The notes beneath the pieces are model-generated. The model searched no databases. It was not told the origin of the DNA and saw nothing but the letters and a program-made list of their open reading frames with translations. From a virus, in IMG/VR virus record IMGVR_UViG_3300028610_002494, positions 32,001 through 96,000 of that record: a stretch of 64,000 bases of DNA. The stretch is one strand, 5' to 3'. Positions 63,498 through 64,000 of this stretch are shown one piece after another. Position 1 is the first letter of the stretch; every line of letters begins with the position of its first letter. The position numbers and the translations under genes were made by a program.

Positions 63498-64000
63498 ATG
63501 GATTTTAAACAAAAAAAACGTGCTAAATACTATGTAGCAGGTGGAATCTTAGCTCTTTGTTTAGTTATCGGTCTTGTAGTTGCTTTTTCTACAATGTCAC
63601 CTTGGTATATGTGGTGGGATGATGATGATGTCGCACCAACTCCTTTAGCTTATTCTACTTTTGTATTGACTTCAGCTGTTGACGGTGAAGATGTATCAAG
63701 TTGGGCAACAATGGATATTTGGGTTCCAAAATCTGATGCTGATTTTGATGAAGGTTATGAAGACATTACAGCTTTAACTCAAAACTTTGAAAGAGAGGAA
63801 ACAGGGAAAGATGCTGATGATATTTCTTTAGATTTAAGCATTTATCCTTATGTGTGGGCTGAAATTGTCGGAAATGCACCTTGGCAAAATCATTTTGAGT
63901 TAATCATTACTGGTGGAGTAAATAGGGTACATAGATACAATGTTCATGATGCAAGTGAAGCTGCTCCTTTTAATATCTTAGTAAGAAATACTGGAGCAAA
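63498..64000 (+). CDS. Partial ORF (runs off the window): acidic protein with an N-terminal membrane anchor, possibly virion or surface protein
   Basis: MDFKQKKRAKYYVAGGILALCLVIGLVVAFS...; open to the window end; follows a long AT-rich spacer. Confidence 0.7.
   Translation, partial: MDFKQKKRAKYYVAGGILALCLVIGLVVAFSTMSPWYMWWDDDDVAPTPLAYSTFVLTSAVDGEDVSSWATMDIWVPKSDADFDEGYEDITALTQNFEREETGKDADDISLDLSIYPYVWAEIVGNAPWQNHFELIITGGVNRVHRYNVHDASEAAPFNILVRNTGA

Noticed and set aside
1-64000. Stop-codon reassignment, DGR/retron, tRNA or rRNA genes
   Set aside because: Long genes read through normally and use all three stops; no reverse transcriptase motif; no cloverleaf or rRNA-like GC-rich tract seen by eye.

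Overview
Very AT-rich, gene-dense segment with essentially all credible genes on the + strand. It looks like part of a large archaeal dsDNA virus or virus-like element; the host is most plausibly an Asgard (Lokiarchaeia/Promethearchaeota) archaeon, from a Loki-type domain at 58.9 kb and archaeal-type RFC, clamp, PriS-PriL, PolB and TopoIA. No capsid, terminase, tRNA, rRNA or CRISPR array was recognised. Layout: (i) 0-13.5 kb, replication and nucleotide genes (ThyX, RFC-like pair, DNA MTase, SSB-like protein, ATPase, divergent PCNA, PolB N-terminal domain); (ii) 13.5-28 kb, a base-hypermodification and glyco-modification island (deoxyribosyltransferase, DUF2284-like, P-loop kinase, GNAT, aGPT-PPlase2/amino acid:DNA transferase, dUTPase, GT4, three SAM MTases, NTP-transferase, two radical SAMs) lying between the two halves of a split PolB; (iii) 28-37 kb, PolB exo/pol, Cas4-like nuclease, MTase, frameshifted primase, SLOG protein and tyrosine recombinase; (iv) 37-63 kb, many small accessory ORFs punctuated by three families of dispersed repeats, plus an SF2 helicase-like protein with an adjacent origin-like palindrome, a GHKL-zincin protein and TopoIA. 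Best candidates for a new system: a sliding-clamp-tethered DNA hypermodification pathway (the enzymes share PIP-box-like terminal tags and the PolB has altered nucleotide-binding motifs), and a 7-copy covarying bulged hairpin plus a palindromic gene-junction motif that divide the accessory genes into cassette-like units. All family calls are from motif recognition by eye; no database searches were run.
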